Assembly (NCBI GenBank): GCA_036003985.1
Contig: DASYRW010000313.1
Span: forward strand, 8,727-32,726
Reading direction: 5' to 3'
Source of the DNA: Thermoplasmatota archaeon
GTDB taxonomy: Archaea > Thermoplasmatota > SW-10-69-26 > JACQPN01 > JAIVGT01
DNA length: 24,000 bases
Below, one piece after another: positions 20,250-24,000 of this stretch. Position numbers and translations under genes: made by a program. Every line of letters begins with the position of its first letter. Within the stretch, counting starts at the first letter, position 1. Below the pieces are notes generated by a model. The model did not search any database. It worked only from the letters and a program-made list of their open reading frames with translations, and was not told the DNA's origin.

Positions 20250-21842
20250 ATGGCGCGCATCGTCCTCGCCACCGACTACACGCTCATGAGCAACTACTGG
20301 GAGCTGCCCCTGAGCACGTTCTTCAGCTGCATCCCGGCGGACGTGTGGGCGAGCCGGCTCGCGTTCCGGATCCTCGCGCCCGACCCCCCGCACGACCGCG
20401 GCGTCGCGCGCGTTGCGCCCTACGGGCTGCGCAAGCTCGAGGCCGCGCTGCTGAACGGGCCGGCGGCGTACCGGCGCGACGAGGTCGTCGTCGCGCACCC
20501 CCGCTACCTGCACAAGTTCATCGGGCCCGAGACCGAGGTCGTCGCGCTCAGCGCCATGGATCCGCTCGGGCTCGGGCCCGTCAGCATGACCTTCACCAAC
20601 GGCGGCGAGTTCGAGGCGTACACGAAGCACGAGTTCGCCAAGCTCGCGCTCGCGGCCAATGGTTTGGCGGCGAACGGCCGCAACGGCCACGGCGTCAACG
20701 GCCACGCGGCGAAGCGCTCCTACAAGGTCGTGGTGGGCGGCCCCGGCGTGTGGCAGTTCGAGCACCGCCCCGCCGTGCTCGACCAGCTCGGCATCGACCA
20801 TGTGGTCCACGGCGAGTGCGATGTCGCCGCGCCGCACCTGCTGCGCGACCTCGCGGCCAAGGGCGGCGACCGCTTCATCAAGGTCAAGGACTTCCCGCGC
20901 GTCGAGGAGATGCCCGACATCGTCGGCCCAGCCATGCACGGCATGGTCGAGACGATGCGGGGCTGCGGGCGCAACTGCGAGTTCTGCGACGTCAACCTGC
21001 GCCGCGCGCGGGACTATCCGATCGACAAGGTGCTGCGCGACGTGCGCGTGAACGTCGAGCAGGGCGGCTTCCGCAAGGCGTGGCTGCACAGCGACGACAT
21101 CTTCCTGTACCGCTGCGAGAACCGCGCGACCTTGGAGCCGAACGTGGACGCGGTCGTGGAGCTGTTCCAGGCCGTGCGCGAGTTCCCCGGCATCGCGCAC
21201 TGCAACCCCACCCACGGCACGCTCAGCCCTGCCGTGAGCCACCCGCGCATGGCCGAGCGCATCTCCGAGGTCGTGGGGGCTGGACCGCAGAAGTGGATCG
21301 GCATCCAGAGCGGGGTCGAGACCGGCTCGCCCGAGCTGATGAAGAAGTTCATGCCGCGCAAGGCGTTGCCCCTCAGCGTCGCGGACTGGCAGCACATCAT
21401 CGTGGACGCGGTGCGCCACCTCAACGCCAACTACTGGTACCCGGCCATGACGGTCATCGTGGGCCTGCCGGGCGAGACCGAGGAGGACGCGTGGGAGACC
21501 GTGCGGCTCATCTTCAGGCTCGAGCACGAGATCGAGCAGCCGCACTTCATCATCGCGCCGCTGTGCTTCGTGCCCGTGGGCGTGCTGCGCGACGAGGGCT
21601 TCTACCGCATCGGCGAGAAGCTCGACGAGGCGCGGTACAACGTCATCTACCACTGCTGGCGCCACACCGTGCTCGAGATGGACCAGAGCCTCTGGCTCGT
21701 GAGCCGCATGCCCTCGCCGGTGAAGGCCCTCGTCAACGTGCTGGGCCGCGCCGGCGGGCGGTGGATCCTGCGCGGGCTCGAGAGCTACGCGCGCGACCGG
21801 AACTTCAGGCTCAAGCAGCCGCGCGACTTCGGGTTCACCTAG
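20250..21842 (+). CDS. radical SAM protein with N-terminal B12-binding-like (Rossmann-like) domain, archaeal family of unknown function
   Basis: 530 aa. The radical SAM motif is MRGCGRNCEFCDV (Cx3Cx2C). Upstream is a domain reading IVLATDYTLMS...APYGLRKLEAALL...EVVALSAMDPLGLGPVS...KVVVGGPG, typical of class-B-like enzymes, interrupted by a low-complexity insert ANGLAANGRNGHGVNGH. Downstream are IQSGVETGSPELM and VIVGLPGETEED. A GATTTATAGG box lies at 20215-20224, about 25 nt upstream. Confidence 0.85.
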   Translation: MARIVLATDYTLMSNYWELPLSTFFSCIPADVWASRLAFRILAPDPPHDRGVARVAPYGLRKLEAALLNGPAAYRRDEVVVAHPRYLHKFIGPETEVVALSAMDPLGLGPVSMTFTNGGEFEAYTKHEFAKLALAANGLAANGRNGHGVNGHAAKRSYKVVVGGPGVWQFEHRPAVLDQLGIDHVVHGECDVAAPHLLRDLAAKGGDRFIKVKDFPRVEEMPDIVGPAMHGMVETMRGCGRNCEFCDVNLRRARDYPIDKVLRDVRVNVEQGGFRKAWLHSDDIFLYRCENRATLEPNVDAVVELFQAVREFPGIAHCNPTHGTLSPAVSHPRMAERISEVVGAGPQKWIGIQSGVETGSPELMKKFMPRKALPLSVADWQHIIVDAVRHLNANYWYPAMTVIVGLPGETEEDAWETVRLIFRLEHEIEQPHFIIAPLCFVPVGVLRDEGFYRIGEKLDEARYNVIYHCWRHTVLEMDQSLWLVSRMPSPVKALVNVLGRAGGRWILRGLESYARDRNFRLKQPRDFGFT

Positions 21843-22132
21843 CGCCGCGGGACGTCCTCCCACGTCCGCGTCACGTCCGCCAGGGGCCGTTCGAGGAACT
21901 TCGCGCGCACCTGCTGCTCCGCGTCCTGGCCGAGCACGTTGCAGATGCTCAGTGCCATGAACAGCACGTCGCACGCCTCGTCGCCCGCTCGCTGGGCCTC
22001 GCCTTTGCGCACGGCGCGGGCCAGCTCGCCCACCTCCTCTTGCAGGACGCTCACGAGGAACGGCAATCCCGCTTGGCGGTCCATCGCGGCGAACCGCTCC
22101 GCCAGCGCGTCCTGCAGCGCGCGCAGCTCCAT
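21839..22132 (-). CDS. MazG-like nucleotide pyrophosphohydrolase domain protein (97 aa)
   Basis: 3' end of track ORF 21839..22960: MELRALQDALAERFAAMDRQAGLPFLVSVLQEEVGELARAVRKGEAQRAGDEACDVLFMALSICNVLGQDAEQQVRAKFLERP..., with the EEVGEL and DEACDVL acidic pairs of MazG-like folds. Its stop overlaps the stop of the convergent radical SAM gene by 4 nt. Confidence 0.7.
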   Translation of the reverse strand: MELRALQDALAERFAAMDRQAGLPFLVSVLQEEVGELARAVRKGEAQRAGDEACDVLFMALSICNVLGQDAEQQVRAKFLERPLADVTRTWEDVPRR

Positions 22133-22286
22133 GCCTCGGCAAGGATGGTCGCGCCCATGAACCCGCGGGTTTCGGAGCGCTCGGAACCGCGCGCACCCGC
22201 AGCGGCCGGGCCGACCGTCGCCGTTATCCGCCGGCGAGTCGGTGCCCGGCCGGGCGGCGAGGCGCGTGGGGCAGCAGGTCGCGGAC

Positions 22287-23231
22287 ATGGGGGCCGGCGC
22301 GGCGGCCGCGCCCACCGCCGACGCGGGCATCGCCGAGCTGGTCCGCGCGTACGAGGGGGCGCTGCGGTTCACGGACACGCTGCCGGCCTTGGGCCGCGTC
22401 CGCCTCGAGCCCGAGGCTCCACCCGAGGAGGCCACGCGCTGGGCCGCGCTCGCGCGCCGCCTGCGCACGCGGCGCCCGTGGGTGGCCCGCCCGCTCGTGC
22501 GCTGGTTCGTCGAGTCCCACGCGCGCCGCCAGTTCGAGGCGATCGCGCGCCACGTCCGCTTCGAGGCGGCGGGCGCGACCGGCGACCCCGGCGCGCCGCC
22601 CATGGCGCGCAGCCGCATGCTCGACGAGCTGGCGCGCGAGATGTTCTCGTGGCGCAGGGGCGCGGCGGGCTTGGCGGGGCTGGTCGCGCTCTCGCCCCTC
22701 GCCGTCGCGCAGTACGTGCTGCAGTGGGTGGAGCCGTTGCTCGCCGCGGTCGGCATGCCCCTCGGGTTGCTGATCATGTTCCTCGCGGTGGCCAGCGTCG
22801 CGTACGTCGCGTACTGGGCGCTCGTGGTTCCGCTGCTGTTCCTCGGGTTCCGCCCCAAGCGTGCGATCTTCTGCGGCGGCCACACGGGTCCCGCGCTGTG
22901 GTCGGTGTCCGATGCGGCCTGCCACTGGCGGCGCAAGGACGGCGCGTTCCCCACCACCAACGTGTACGCGCTTGAGGATCGCGTGTTCCGCCAGCTCGGC
23001 GCCGCGAAGGGTCGGGAAGTGCCCCTCGATCTCTACGCGCACCCCACCGCGCTCTTCGGCGTGCCGGGGGCGCTCGTGTGGACCTTCATCGGGCTGCTCA
23101 TCGCGCGCGACGCGGCGGGCGACCTCGGCACGATCGCGGGCGCCGCCGCGCTCTTCGTGGTGCTGCCGTGGGTGGGCGTGGTGCTCCTCTACCGCGACGC
23201 GGTCGCGCGGTTCCGTCGCCGGCCGTCGTAG
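22287..23231 (+). CDS. hypothetical membrane protein (N-terminal soluble region plus about 4 TM helices)
   Basis: Track ORF 22242..23231, where the first codon is GTG. Hydrophobic stretches: [73 protein letters not shown] and [18 protein letters not shown]. No family recognised. The start is uncertain (ATG 22287 or GTG 22242). Confidence 0.55.
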   Translation: MGAGAAAAPTADAGIAELVRAYEGALRFTDTLPALGRVRLEPEAPPEEATRWAALARRLRTRRPWVARPLVRWFVESHARRQFEAIARHVRFEAAGATGDPGAPPMARSRMLDELAREMFSWRRGAAGLAGLVALSPLAVAQYVLQWVEPLLAAVGMPLGLLIMFLAVASVAYVAYWALVVPLLFLGFRPKRAIFCGGHTGPALWSVSDAACHWRRKDGAFPTTNVYALEDRVFRQLGAAKGREVPLDLYAHPTALFGVPGALVWTFIGLLIARDAAGDLGTIAGAAALFVVLPWVGVVLLYRDAVARFRRRPS

Positions 23232-23304
23232 CGCGCGCCGCGCATCGCCGCCGCCTGCCCGCCAAAGCCTCTTATACCCCGGGGGGGATGGGCCGCCGAA
23301 GGCC

Positions 23305-24000
23305 ATGCCGGTCAACGTGGACCTGTCGAAGCTCCGCCACGGCACGGAGCTGCTGAAGCGCGGCTTCGCGTCGATGCAGAAGGGAGGCGTCATCATGGAC
23401 GTGACCACCCCCGCGCAGGCCGCCATCGCCGAGGAGGCGGGCGCCGTCGCGGTCATGGCCCTGGAGCGCGTGCCCGCCGACATCCGCGCGGAAGGCGGGG
23501 TGGCGCGCATGGCCGACCCGCGCGTCGTGGCGGAGATCGTCGACGCGGTCACGATCCCGGTGATGGCCAAGGCGCGCATCGGCCACTTCGCCGAGGCTCA
23601 GATCTTGGAGACCCTCGGCGTGGACATGATCGACGAGTCCGAGGTGCTGACGCCCGCGGACCCCTACTTCCACATCGACAAGCGCGGCTTCACCGTGCCC
23701 TTCGTGTGCGGCGCGCGCACCCTGGGCGAAGCAACGCGGCGCATCTTCGAGGGCGCGGCCATGATCCGCACCAAGGGCGAGGCCGGGACGGGCAACGTCG
23801 TCGAGGCCGTGCGCCACCGCCGCCAGATCGCGCGCGCCATCCGCGAGGTCCAGGCCCTCGACAAGGACGCTCTGCGGGCCCTCGCGGGCCACCACGCGCA
23901 GCGGTACGGCGCGCTGCTGGCCGAGGTTCGCGCGGACGCGGGCACGCCCCAGGCCGCGCAGCCCAAGGACCGGCTCTTCGCCGACGCGACCCTCGAGATC
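23305..24000 (+). CDS. pdxS: pyridoxal 5'-phosphate synthase, lyase subunit PdxS (runs off the right edge)
   Basis: Absent from the track because it has no stop in the window. Hand translation from the ATG at 23305: [72 protein letters not shown]...[36 protein letters not shown]...[39 protein letters not shown], the near-invariant PdxS core. A CTTATACC box at 23271-23278 lies 26 nt upstream. Confidence 0.93.
   Translation, partial: MPVNVDLSKLRHGTELLKRGFASMQKGGVIMDVTTPAQAAIAEEAGAVAVMALERVPADIRAEGGVARMADPRVVAEIVDAVTIPVMAKARIGHFAEAQILETLGVDMIDESEVLTPADPYFHIDKRGFTVPFVCGARTLGEATRRIFEGAAMIRTKGEAGTGNVVEAVRHRRQIARAIREVQALDKDALRALAGHHAQRYGALLAEVRADAGTPQAAQPKDRLFADATLEI

Noticed and set aside
22160-22171. 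The 12-nt palindrome AACCCGCGGGTT, 28-39 nt upstream of the second MazG-like gene.
   Set aside because: Short GC palindromes are frequent in DNA this GC-rich. There is no second copy or other supporting context in the window, so it is too weak to call an operator.
23800-24000. An apparently extra segment in PdxS after AVRH... ([60 protein letters not shown]), longer than in bacterial PdxS.
   Set aside because: Some archaeal PdxS proteins, for example from methanogens, are known to carry an insertion in this region. The gene is also truncated by the window edge, so the segment cannot be assessed further.
1-24000. tRNA or rRNA genes, IS elements or transposases, integrases, prophage or defence-island genes.
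   Set aside because: I saw no T-loop-like GGTTCGAATCC-type motifs with cloverleaf context and no rRNA-like conserved blocks. No ORF has transposase, integrase, restriction or Cas motifs. Gene content and uniform composition look like core chromosome.

Overview
Very GC-rich (by eye about 70%, not computed) chromosomal segment that is almost certainly archaeal. It carries a GPN-loop GTPase, CDP-archaeol synthase (CarS), a tetraether-synthase-like radical SAM enzyme, a DacZ-type diadenylate cyclase, and short AT-rich TATA-like boxes sitting 22-27 nt upstream of most start codons, which points to largely leaderless transcripts. I support 28 protein-coding genes. They are mostly housekeeping (purD, tldD/pmbA, nfo, pdxS), lipid-related (carS, tes-like), signalling (a PAS-PAS histidine kinase, dacZ) and small regulators (tandem wHTH, GbsR/MarR-like, HxlR). 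Most long ORFs in the six-frame track are stop-codon-poor artefacts of the high GC content and overlap real genes. I saw no rRNA, tRNA, CRISPR array, transposase or integrase. The most unusual feature is a 1,011-nt gap without coding potential (17248-18258) between two convergent regulator genes. It is packed with short GC hairpins whose loops read GCAA or GCGA (GNRA tetraloops) on the minus strand, making it a candidate large structured RNA or a palindromic repeat array that I cannot match to any known family. Second in interest is the lipid locus next to it. The Tes-like radical SAM gene has a Cys/His-rich tail and is followed on the same strand by a 45-aa ORF and a VTT/DedA-domain membrane protein. 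It diverges from a GbsR/MarR-like regulator across a promoter carrying a perfect 9+9 inverted repeat. All family assignments come from reading motifs by eye; no database search was run.
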